Source of the DNA: a bacterium
GTDB taxonomy: Bacteria > Hinthialibacterota > Hinthialibacteria > Hinthialibacterales > Hinthialibacteraceae
Direction: 5' to 3'
DNA: 33,857 nt
Assembly (NCBI GenBank): GCA_041946805.1
Contig: JBHGBC010000054.1
Span: 1-33,857, forward strand
This document shows positions 18,133 through 26,616 of the stretch, one piece after another. Position 1 is the first letter of the stretch, and each line of letters begins with the position of its first letter. The notes under the pieces were generated by a model. It did not search any database and had not been told where the DNA came from. It was given only the letters and a program-made list of their open reading frames with translations. Made by a program: the position numbers and the translations under genes.

Positions 18133-18776
18133 AAGTATTCATCGTGGACGATCATCCCGCCGTGCGCCATGGCATCGCGCAATGCGTGAACCTGGAAGAG
18201 GACATGCGGGTCTGCGGCGAGGCGGGGGATTCCGCCGCGGCCAAGGAGGCGCTGCAATCCCTTCAACCCGACATCATCCTCGTGGACCTGTCCCTGAAAT
18301 GGGAAAACCAGGACAGCGGCCTCGAATTGATACAATATCTCACGATCCATTATCCCGGCACTCCCGTGCTGGCGCTCTCGATGCACGACCGGCCGCGGGA
18401 TATCCAGCGGTCGGTGCAGGCCGGCGCCCGGGGATACTTCCACAAGGGTGAACCGGTCAACCGCTATCCCGTGGCAATCCGGAAAATCGTCAATGGGGAG
18501 ACGTATTTCAGCGAGATCATCGCGCATATTTTGGTGAATCAAATCACGGCCCCTCCCGCCGGGGATGATTTCATGAAACATCTCAGCCAGCGCGACAGGG
18601 ACATCTTCCTTCTCCTGGGCCAAGGCCTGCGCCGCCAGCCCATCGCCGAACGGCTGAACATCTCGCCGAAAACCGTCAGCGCGCATATCGAGAACCTCAA
18701 GGAAAAAACCGCCATGCCCACCACGGAAGCGCTCGTCCAGTTCGCCGTGGACTGGTTTCACAAGCACGGGCAGTAA
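18111..18776 (+). CDS. NarL/LuxR-family response regulator
   Basis: IVDDHP, phospho-acceptor in DIILVDLSL, LSMH, GARGYFHK, LuxR HTH IAERLNISPKTVSAH. Overlaps the kinase stop by 22 bp. Confidence 0.95.
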   Translation: MPVSDRIKVFIVDDHPAVRHGIAQCVNLEEDMRVCGEAGDSAAAKEALQSLQPDIILVDLSLKWENQDSGLELIQYLTIHYPGTPVLALSMHDRPRDIQRSVQAGARGYFHKGEPVNRYPVAIRKIVNGETYFSEIIAHILVNQITAPPAGDDFMKHLSQRDRDIFLLLGQGLRRQPIAERLNISPKTVSAHIENLKEKTAMPTTEALVQFAVDWFHKHGQ

Positions 18777-18824
18777 GTATTTGGGATGTTATTTGATCTC
18801 CACACCCTTCTCCGGATACCGATT

Positions 18825-19102
18825 CCCTTTCCCCCTGGGAGAAGGTCAGGGTGAGGGAAGTGACGTAGGATGGGTCAGCGCGCGGCGCGTAATCCATCAC
18901 CGCAGGAGAACATCATCATCGATGGATTATGCTTCGCTAATCCATCCTGCTGATCTGATTCCCTCTTCCTCTGGGAGAGGGGCAGGGTGAGGGTAGCCTT
19001 TTCACCCCACCATGGCTTGCCCAATGTTGTTTCAATCCCATGAATTCGGTTGAATCCCCATCAGGGGACGGATTTAAACTAGCCCAGGGTTTCAACCCTG
19101 GG
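18825..19102. repeat. mosaic REP cluster: A, inverted D pair, A, C
   Basis: A at 18825-18857; D GTAGGATGGGTCAGCGCGCGGCGCGTAATCCATC at 18865-18898; inverted D' at 18921-18950; A at 18961-18993; C at 19055-19102. Confidence 0.85.
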
Positions 19103-19339
19103 AAGTAGTTTTCTCTGCAATCGAGTAACCAGTTACCGAAAAAACAATCCCTTCCTGCCCTTCTCAACCTACAAGGAAGGAATCGTTCATCCCCCCATTT
19201 TCATCCCCCCAATTATCGGCTTGGACGCCCCCCGGGCCTTTAATTCTCCCCTCCTGGACCGGCGGGGAGTAGAGAGGGTCCGATAGGTTCATCTCTCATC
19301 CAGCCGCGGGACCGGTCATCCATTTTCTCTCCTCTGGAT

Positions 19340-19369
19340 TGTCATCACTTGTCTGGCATCATTCGTATA
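19340..19369 (+). promoter_or_regulatory. candidate autoregulated ECF promoter
   Basis: TGTCATC-N17-CGTATA directly in front of the ECF sigma gene. A CGT-containing -10 is typical of ECF promoters. Confidence 0.4.
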
Positions 19370-19370
19370 T

Positions 19371-19955
19371 ATGGATAAAGCGATGAATCGGGAAGAACAG
19401 ATTCCAGATGACGCCCTCATCGAGGCGGTTCTCCGAGGGGAAGGGAGCGCGGCGGCGCGCTTGTACTACCGCTATGTCGACCGCGTGCATCGCATCTGCT
19501 ACCGGATCGTGCTGAATCCCTCGGAGGTGAAGGATTGTGTCCAGGAAGTTTGGTTAAAGGTTTTCCAGCACCTGGACCGGTTTCAACCGGGAAAACCGTT
19601 CGGCCCCTGGTTGAATTCCATCACGGTCCACACCGCCATCGATTTTTACCGGAAATCCTCCGGGAGCCAAAGTCACGCCGTCTCGCTGCAGGATCCCAAC
19701 GGCGCGCCGATGACGGAGGACTCCCCCAACGGAGCGCAATGGTTCGAAGAAAGCCATAATCTGGACGCGGTCCTGCAGGCGTTACAGGAAATCAGCCTCA
19801 CGCAACGCACGGTATTCATTCTCCGTTTTTTTGAGGATCTGTCTCCCGCGGAAATCGCGCCAATGCTCCATTGCAGCGTGAACACAATACGGACCCATAT
19901 TCGACGTTCGCTGTTGGCCTTGCGCCAAATACTGGCGGATAAAATATTGCGATAG
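19371..19955 (+). CDS. ECF RNA polymerase sigma factor
   Basis: Region 2 (DCVQEVWLKVF...FGPWLNSITVHTAIDFYRK) and region 4 (QRTVFILRFFEDLSPAEIA...SVNTIRTHIRR). The start may be 19383. Confidence 0.95.
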   Translation: MDKAMNREEQIPDDALIEAVLRGEGSAAARLYYRYVDRVHRICYRIVLNPSEVKDCVQEVWLKVFQHLDRFQPGKPFGPWLNSITVHTAIDFYRKSSGSQSHAVSLQDPNGAPMTEDSPNGAQWFEESHNLDAVLQALQEISLTQRTVFILRFFEDLSPAEIAPMLHCSVNTIRTHIRRSLLALRQILADKILR

Positions 19956-19968
19956 AGGTTGGTGGAAA

Positions 19969-20490
19969 ATGACACAATCCCGGCTGCCGTTCGATGAATT
20001 CAAGAATCTGTTTCAAGAGGAATATCCATCGGAGGAGAGATTGCAATGGGAATACGATCAGTACCAGCCGCTGATCGAAGAACTCGGCCATTCCCCCGTT
20101 CCTCCCTTGCCGCCTCAGGAAAAGGCAGCGATTTTCGAAGCCACATGGGACCCCGTGGCGAGGCGGCGCGCCTGGATGCCGCCGGCGCTGGCTTGGTTTT
20201 ACCGGCCCGCCGTCACCTTCGCGTGGGGGCTTTTCGTTGGATGTTTCCTGACGGCGGGTTCCATGAACGGCTGGTTCCATTTCGCCCAACCGGTTTCAGC
20301 CCAACCCGTTTTGACCATTGAAAAGACCGGCCATACGCAGATCGTGAAGGGTCAACTCATCGATCAATTGTACGCCAACTTGGAAAATCCCCAAATTGTC
20401 GTGGAAAAAAAGGAAGAAGCCGCCCCGCCCCAGCGCGTTCTGTATGGAACATTGGATCACGGCCAAATATATGTCGTGTATAACCTGTAA
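19969..20490 (+). CDS. putative anti-sigma factor (single TM)
   Basis: 13 bp after the ECF gene; cytoplasmic N-terminus, one TM (AVTFAWGLFVGCFLTAG), short extracytoplasmic tail. Function inferred from position and topology. Confidence 0.65.
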   Translation: MTQSRLPFDEFKNLFQEEYPSEERLQWEYDQYQPLIEELGHSPVPPLPPQEKAAIFEATWDPVARRRAWMPPALAWFYRPAVTFAWGLFVGCFLTAGSMNGWFHFAQPVSAQPVLTIEKTGHTQIVKGQLIDQLYANLENPQIVVEKKEEAAPPQRVLYGTLDHGQIYVVYNL

Positions 20491-20501
20491 CGAAAGGAGT
20501 C

Positions 20502-21644
20502 ATGACCATGCACGCTCGAAGGATGCTTGTTTTGGGGACCCTGCTTTCTGTTTTTAATTTATATTCCTGGCCCCAGGGGATCAGTACGCAAAATGTCCGG
20601 CCGCTGGCATCTCCGGGTCCGGAAGAGGAGATGGAAATCCGAATCATCGCGGTGCAATACTATCCGGTGGAAGATTTGGAGTCGATTATCCGGGATCTTT
20701 TCGGCATAGAAGATATCCATCTGGATCAGTTTTCGAACCGGCTGATTCTCCAGGCCCCCGTGGAGCAGATGGAGAAAATCCTGGCATTGATTTCGGAATT
20801 GGATGTGGCCGTATCCCAGCCGGCGGAAGATGGATCCATAATGTTTCGCGTGTATTTGTTTGAAATTCCCTCCGTCGGTCAAGCATGGAAAAATTTTTCC
20901 GCCGTTGTGAAAACTCCGCAGATAAATTTCACCCTGGAGGTGTTGAAGAATCTTAAGGATTCAAGTGTGCAAATATCCGATATCCTTACCTTGGAGAATG
21001 ATTACAACCCCCAAAGGGCGATGTCGAGGCTGGAATCCAACTCGGCGCCGGAGAATCTGGAAAAGCCGTCCCAGGACCGCGGCAAGCAGCCGGGACCGCG
21101 CCGGGAAATACTCATTCAAGGACGGGCTGAATCGAACGAGGCCCTGATGGCGTTGATGGAAAAAATTCCCGAATCGAACATGACTGATTTGCGATGGGAT
21201 GACACGGAAAACTTCATTCAAAACCTGGAATCGGCGCAATTGTTGCGTTTGCCGGAATCACTGCAGGCGCATTTGCGTAATTTTCTCGGAAATAACATCC
21301 AGACCATCGGCTATTGGTTCGGCACCGCGTCGGATCCGGGTGAAATCGATTCGCCCCTGGGGCCGTTCCATTTGAAAATGCGTTTGTCCTCCGAGCCTGG
21401 CATTCGGAAAGAAGTGAGCCTGGACGTGGAAGTCGAACAACCTGCGCCCCCGTTCGGGCGGGATACGGAAAGCGATAGCAGCCGTACTATCTTATCCAAC
21501 CGGATCACGGCTAAAATCGGTCATCCCATCATAATTTGTTACAACCGCAACTCGTACGGCGTCCGGAAACTGGGTGCCTTGGTGATCCTTCCCGAAACCG
21601 GAAAAATGCCTGTGGATCCCTCTGATTCCACCACGACACCTTGA
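20502..21644 (+). CDS. secreted protein with one secretin N-terminal (NolW-like) domain
   Basis: AAGGAG RBS, signal peptide, IRIIAVQYYPVEDLESIIRDLF...IHLDQFSNRLILQAPVEQMEKILALISELDV. Confidence 0.72.
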   Translation: MTMHARRMLVLGTLLSVFNLYSWPQGISTQNVRPLASPGPEEEMEIRIIAVQYYPVEDLESIIRDLFGIEDIHLDQFSNRLILQAPVEQMEKILALISELDVAVSQPAEDGSIMFRVYLFEIPSVGQAWKNFSAVVKTPQINFTLEVLKNLKDSSVQISDILTLENDYNPQRAMSRLESNSAPENLEKPSQDRGKQPGPRREILIQGRAESNEALMALMEKIPESNMTDLRWDDTENFIQNLESAQLLRLPESLQAHLRNFLGNNIQTIGYWFGTASDPGEIDSPLGPFHLKMRLSSEPGIRKEVSLDVEVEQPAPPFGRDTESDSSRTILSNRITAKIGHPIIICYNRNSYGVRKLGALVILPETGKMPVDPSDSTTTP

Positions 21645-21768
21645 ATGATTTCGATGAGGGCGGATCCGGCTTTGATCTAAGTGCCCGCAGGGGCCGGAGG
21701 AACCTGCCCTACTCGTCCTGCAGCCAAAAAAAAATGGAAACTATACATCCTATCCTGGGAGGAGCACC

Positions 21769-24180
21769 ATGAATTTACGACCATCCATGTTCGCCGGTTG
21801 GATCCTATTCGTTTTTTTCGTGGGATCCGTATTTCTGAATTCCATTCCGGCGGAATGTCAACCCGCGGCCCGGTTCATCGTTCCGGCCCATCCGCCCCGC
21901 GCCAATTATGTCATCGATGTTTCCCTGAACCTCGCGGCGAACCGGCTGGAGGGCGTCGAAACCATACGGATGGTCAATTCCACCTCGTTCCCCCTCCGCT
22001 GGCTCATGATCGACTGGCCTCACCGGTCCGCCGGCCAAATGCAGGTTCTGACCGGCAAGGACCCCGTGCGCGTGGTGGCGGAGGGAACCAATGGTTTATC
22101 AAGCACCCAAACCTTGATTGAACTGCCGGCGCCGCCCGGTCCGGGAGAGGCGGTGACGCTGACAATCCCGTTCGGGTTTCCGCTCCGGCTGGGCGGGATC
22201 ACCATACTGGATAATTGGCATCCACGGCTCTGGTGGGAACAAAACACCGCGGATGACTACGAAGTCCGCGTGCAAGCACCGAAAGATTATCTTTTGGCAA
22301 CCAGCGGTTTATATGATGAAACCCAAGGTGTTTATTCCGCTCCGGCCTGCCGGAATTTCGGTCTGGTTTTCATGAAGAACCTGGAGCGGATGGAAGGCCG
22401 GTCTGGGGATACAAGCATTTACACCTACTATGAACAAGACGCCAAGAAATGCGCGGAACTCCTGCACCAAACGGCCATCGAGGTCATCGGGTTCTACCGG
22501 AATTGGCTGGGTTTTTATCCGCACAAAATACTGCACATCATCCCAGGGGGGCTTCCGCATCCGGCCGGGGGGTATCCGGCCGCCACGGCCATCGTGGGCA
22601 TCCACGGGCAGAGGCAAATGGACCGTGCCCCCCAATCCCACTGGCAGTTCATCACCGCGCATGAAATCGGCCACCAATATTGGATGGAGCATGTGCTGGA
22701 AGCTCCGGATGCCTTTTGGCTGATGATCGGCCTGGGAGTCTATGCCGACCGCGCCTTCATGCAGGCCAAGGGATACGGAATCCAGCATGAACGCGACATG
22801 ATGCAACGGTACATCCAGGGAGTCCGGGATCACTTGGATACCCGGATGAACCGCCTTCCGGAGGAGATGGAAGATGTGTCCTTCGATTACAACAATATCG
22901 TCACCCATGGCAAGGGATTCAGCGTCATCAGCGCCCTGGCTTGCTTGATGGGCAAAGAGAAATTCGAATCCGCCTACAAACGTTGCTTGAACGAATACAA
23001 GGGAACTATTCTCGATCCAGTACACTTTCAACTGGCATGCGAGGAGGCAAGCGGAGAAAATCTGGACTGGTATTTCGACCCCTGGATCAAAACCGGCCGC
23101 TTTCTTTCCTATGAAATCGCCTCGCGGGAATCCCAATCAAGCAATCAAAACATCATCACCACCGTGAAAGTACGGAAATCAGGGACCTTGGATATGCCCG
23201 TGCCGGTCACCGCGGTGTTCGAAGACGGATCGCAACAATGCCAGTACACCGATCGATGGCTCGATGAAAATGTCTTGGTTTTTTCCCATTCCACGCCCTT
23301 GAAGGATCTCAAACTGGATGCCGGCGATGAACTGCCGCTCGTCATCCCTCCTCCGGAAGCCACCGCCGATCAATTGAAGCAGGCAATCGGCCAATTGAAT
23401 GTCGTGGGGGAAGGCGATACGGCTTTGGCGATCGTCCAGAAAGCCAATCCGGCCAGCTTAAAACAACTTGGATCAGGCGCCTTGTTCCGGTTGGGGATGT
23501 GTTTGTACGACGGCAAGCACGACATGGCCGCGTTGCCAATCTTTCAATATCTCACCGATCCGGAGCGAAAACAGACGGATCCGGTTGATACTTTTCTCGG
23601 CTGGGTTTGGCAGGGACATATGCTCGACATTTTGCAGCGCCGCGATGAAGCCGTCTCGTGCTACCGCCGCGCCCTCGACTTTTGCAATGACGAAACCGAG
23701 ATTCGCCATGATCAATACGGGATGCGCATAACGCAGGCCTGGGTGGCGAAACGGCTCCAGACGCCGTTTCAGCGGCCCGATCCCAAAGTACTGGATCTGA
23801 GAAACCGGATCAGTGACCTCGAATGGACAGGGCAAGGGGATCCAGCGCTGCGCTTGTTTAACGAAGCGAAAAGCATCCCGGTGGGGGACTCCGGCCTTCC
23901 ATGGGGAAAATTGGGTTTATGTCTCTATGACGGGAAATATTATTCCGAAGCGTTGCAGGCTTTCAAAAACGATTTCGTGGAGAATCCATCTTCGTTTTCC
24001 AGCCTGGTATGGCAGGGGCATATGCTGGATTTGTTGAACCGCCGCGGGGAAGCGCTTCCCTTCTATAAACAGGCTCTGGATATGAATCCTACATCGTGGG
24101 TGCGGCATGACCAATACGGCATCCAGATTGACCGGGATTGGATCGTGGAGCGTCTGGAGAAACCGTTTCAGAGAAAATGA
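21769..24180 (+). CDS. secreted M1/gluzincin-like peptidase homologue with two C-terminal TPR-like repeats
   Basis: GGAGGA RBS, signal peptide, M1-like N-terminal beta domain (YVIDVSLN...LEGVETI, LLATSG), HEIGH, EASGENLDWYFDPW, duplicated TPR-like tail. Confidence 0.85.
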   Translation: MNLRPSMFAGWILFVFFVGSVFLNSIPAECQPAARFIVPAHPPRANYVIDVSLNLAANRLEGVETIRMVNSTSFPLRWLMIDWPHRSAGQMQVLTGKDPVRVVAEGTNGLSSTQTLIELPAPPGPGEAVTLTIPFGFPLRLGGITILDNWHPRLWWEQNTADDYEVRVQAPKDYLLATSGLYDETQGVYSAPACRNFGLVFMKNLERMEGRSGDTSIYTYYEQDAKKCAELLHQTAIEVIGFYRNWLGFYPHKILHIIPGGLPHPAGGYPAATAIVGIHGQRQMDRAPQSHWQFITAHEIGHQYWMEHVLEAPDAFWLMIGLGVYADRAFMQAKGYGIQHERDMMQRYIQGVRDHLDTRMNRLPEEMEDVSFDYNNIVTHGKGFSVISALACLMGKEKFESAYKRCLNEYKGTILDPVHFQLACEEASGENLDWYFDPWIKTGRFLSYEIASRESQSSNQNIITTVKVRKSGTLDMPVPVTAVFEDGSQQCQYTDRWLDENVLVFSHSTPLKDLKLDAGDELPLVIPPPEATADQLKQAIGQLNVVGEGDTALAIVQKANPASLKQLGSGALFRLGMCLYDGKHDMAALPIFQYLTDPERKQTDPVDTFLGWVWQGHMLDILQRRDEAVSCYRRALDFCNDETEIRHDQYGMRITQAWVAKRLQTPFQRPDPKVLDLRNRISDLEWTGQGDPALRLFNEAKSIPVGDSGLPWGKLGLCLYDGKYYSEALQAFKNDFVENPSSFSSLVWQGHMLDLLNRRGEALPFYKQALDMNPTSWVRHDQYGIQIDRDWIVERLEKPFQRK

Positions 24181-24384
24181 AATCCGTCTCTTCCAGGGCC
24201 GGCCTCTGATTCTCTCCCGGGTGGATCATGGCCGGCCATGGCCTGATGACCGCTTTTCGATCCTGCATTTCCTTTGCCGTGGTTGGAAGCCAAGTAAATC
24301 TTCTTTTTAATACTGTATCTTCAGAAAGGCATCCCATTTCATGAGGAATCCAATCGACACTCTTCAATCCACGGGAAAGGAGCC

Positions 24385-26187
24385 TTGACAATGAAAAAAA
24401 AATCCGTTTTTCCATCCATGCTTTTTTGGTTTTTCGGATTGGCCGCTTCCATCCCGATCCTCGATGCGTCGCCATCGGCGGCCGGGGAATCCCATCCGGG
24501 CATCGACAGCATCCAAACCATTACCTCCTTGACGCAGGGAGGATTGTCTTCGTCATCCGAGCCGCGGCTCGCGGATCTCCTGAAAGACATGGGGTATGAT
24601 GATTCGGTCATTGGGCATCCGTTGTCCCCCGGTCTCTTCCAAACCAACCAACAACCGTCCGTCACCATTGTCCAGAAGAACGGAAACGCCCGGATCACAT
24701 TTGGCTGGTACCGCGAGGATCCGGATCAATTGTTTTTCGAGGAATTAATTCATGAAGTCACCGGCCCCGCCTCCACGAAGCCGTTCGCGCCCGGCGTCAC
24801 CCCTTTCGGTTTCTATATCCATGTTGAATTCCAGGAGAGTTATCAATGGTACACCGAAACGGCCCGGAATGGCGGCGAAGTCCACGTGAAGATGTTTCCC
24901 CTGGTCAAAGCGGGAGCAGCCATCCCGGATTCCTATTTGCTCTGCTGGGAAGACCTGCCGCTCGGCGCGGAAGAAATTGACGACTACCAGGACATCCTCA
25001 TCCAAGTGAGTAACGTGACTCCGGTGCGTCTCCAAACCACTGACGAAGCCGGGGACGACTTACCCAGACTTACCTTCGGGATATGGGGGAGCACTCCTTT
25101 CTCATCCCAGTTGACCGCCAACCGCCTGAATCAACGCATTCTTTTCACTATTCGCAAGGAACCCAAATCCGCGGAAATCATCGCCCGGGAGATCAAGGCC
25201 GCGACGGACGAAATCATGCGGTCCTTGAAGGAGTTGTCCAAGCATGACCTGGTGCGATTGATGGATGGATCGGCCTGGGTGACGAACTTTCCCATCGCCA
25301 CACAAGAGGAGTTTATCAAAGCCAATCAAATCGGATTGAAATACGCGCGGATCGAAGCCGAGATACTACGAAACCAAATTCCCAAGCTGAAGGATGCGTA
25401 CGCACGGTGCCAAGTATCTCGCTACCATCCCTGGCCGGAAACGTCTCTTATCATCGTGGGCGCGCTGTGCGCGGATTTCTGCGTGTCCGATCGAATCCGT
25501 TTTCTGCCGAAGTACTTCAATGAAAAATATCTACCCCCTCTGCATCCGGATGGACAGCGATGGGGATATGAGGGGGAGGAAATTCTGTCTTCTCCCCTTC
25601 CCTTCCGGAAATATCAGTTTTATCAGAATGTGTGGGAGGATCCGGAGGGCGGCTTGTCGCGGTTCGGGTATTTCAAATTTCTGGATGAAAAACGCATTTC
25701 TCCCCCCTCCAATCCCGAGAATCTCCGCTCCAAGCCTGCCGGCTTGATTTTTCTGTCTTTGCCGATTCCTTTAACCCTCGGCGAAATCCAAAAAAAGACC
25801 ACTTTGGATTCCGGTATCATCCTCTCGACAATCGAGGAAATGCGCAATTGGAGTCCCCCCGGATTGATCAAAGAGAACGACCGGTATAGATCCGTCATAC
25901 CGATATTCTCCACGGGCGACTTGGAGATCCTGCTGCCGGAAGCGGACCGCGCGGCCGAAATCATTTTCCGTGAAGTGACCGTGCCCATGGAGAACGAACT
26001 CGAAGAAGAAGCGAAGCGGCTCGGCTTGCGCTTTCCCTTGAACGCCGGCACTTCCGCGCGGGATATCGCTCTCCAGATTCTCAGTGAGGAAGGATCCATC
26101 TCCCCGATCGCCCAACCTCCCGTATCCTGGAATTTCGGATTGTGGGGATGGAACGGCCATTTGCCGATGTGGGAGGATCTGCGATAA
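24385..26187 (+). CDS. secreted hypothetical protein: DUF4114-like domain plus C-terminal region with two winged-helix-like segments
   Basis: AAGGAG RBS (ATG at 24391 likely), MKKK signal peptide, PFGFYI...YLLCWEDLPLG...DDYQDILIQVSNV, then RILFTIRKEPKSAEIIAREI...LKELSKHDLVR. Confidence 0.65.
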   Translation: MTMKKKSVFPSMLFWFFGLAASIPILDASPSAAGESHPGIDSIQTITSLTQGGLSSSSEPRLADLLKDMGYDDSVIGHPLSPGLFQTNQQPSVTIVQKNGNARITFGWYREDPDQLFFEELIHEVTGPASTKPFAPGVTPFGFYIHVEFQESYQWYTETARNGGEVHVKMFPLVKAGAAIPDSYLLCWEDLPLGAEEIDDYQDILIQVSNVTPVRLQTTDEAGDDLPRLTFGIWGSTPFSSQLTANRLNQRILFTIRKEPKSAEIIAREIKAATDEIMRSLKELSKHDLVRLMDGSAWVTNFPIATQEEFIKANQIGLKYARIEAEILRNQIPKLKDAYARCQVSRYHPWPETSLIIVGALCADFCVSDRIRFLPKYFNEKYLPPLHPDGQRWGYEGEEILSSPLPFRKYQFYQNVWEDPEGGLSRFGYFKFLDEKRISPPSNPENLRSKPAGLIFLSLPIPLTLGEIQKKTTLDSGIILSTIEEMRNWSPPGLIKENDRYRSVIPIFSTGDLEILLPEADRAAEIIFREVTVPMENELEEEAKRLGLRFPLNAGTSARDIALQILSEEGSISPIAQPPVSWNFGLWGWNGHLPMWEDLR

Positions 26188-26226
26188 AACCGGCAGGATG
26201 CCATACAATGCGCAGGCCAAGGAAAT

Positions 26227-26310
26227 CAGGGGCGATGCCCCTGGCTGAACTAAGATTGCCCCTGCGGGGCGATCAATCCCTCACCCGAACCCTCTCCCAG
26301 AGGGAGAGGG
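26227..26310. repeat. REP-like modules C (26227-26270) and A (26278-26310)
   Basis: CAGGGGCGATGCCCCTGGCT...GCCCCTGCGGGGC and CCCTCACCCGAACCCTCTCCCAGAGGGAGAGGG. Confidence 0.85.
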
Positions 26311-26616
26311 AAGGGTTAAACGTTGTTATCCATCCTCCTATCATGAATAGTGCTGTGAGATAGCACCGCATTCAGGAAAACAGATACTTACAAATAAAAC
26401 ACTGAGAAAGTTCTGCATTGGCGTACATAGTTTACAGTACAGTTTTTGACAGCGGGGCCGTTTTGCCGCTCATCCTGAACGCGGAACGCCCGGCCGCATC
26501 CCGATCCCCTCACTCAATCCCCCGGTGAGCGCCTCCAGTTTTCTCCGCATTTAAATGCCAGCCGCTTTTAGGTATGATCCTGCCATCACCAGTTCGGCTG
26601 GAAGGAGACGGTATCC

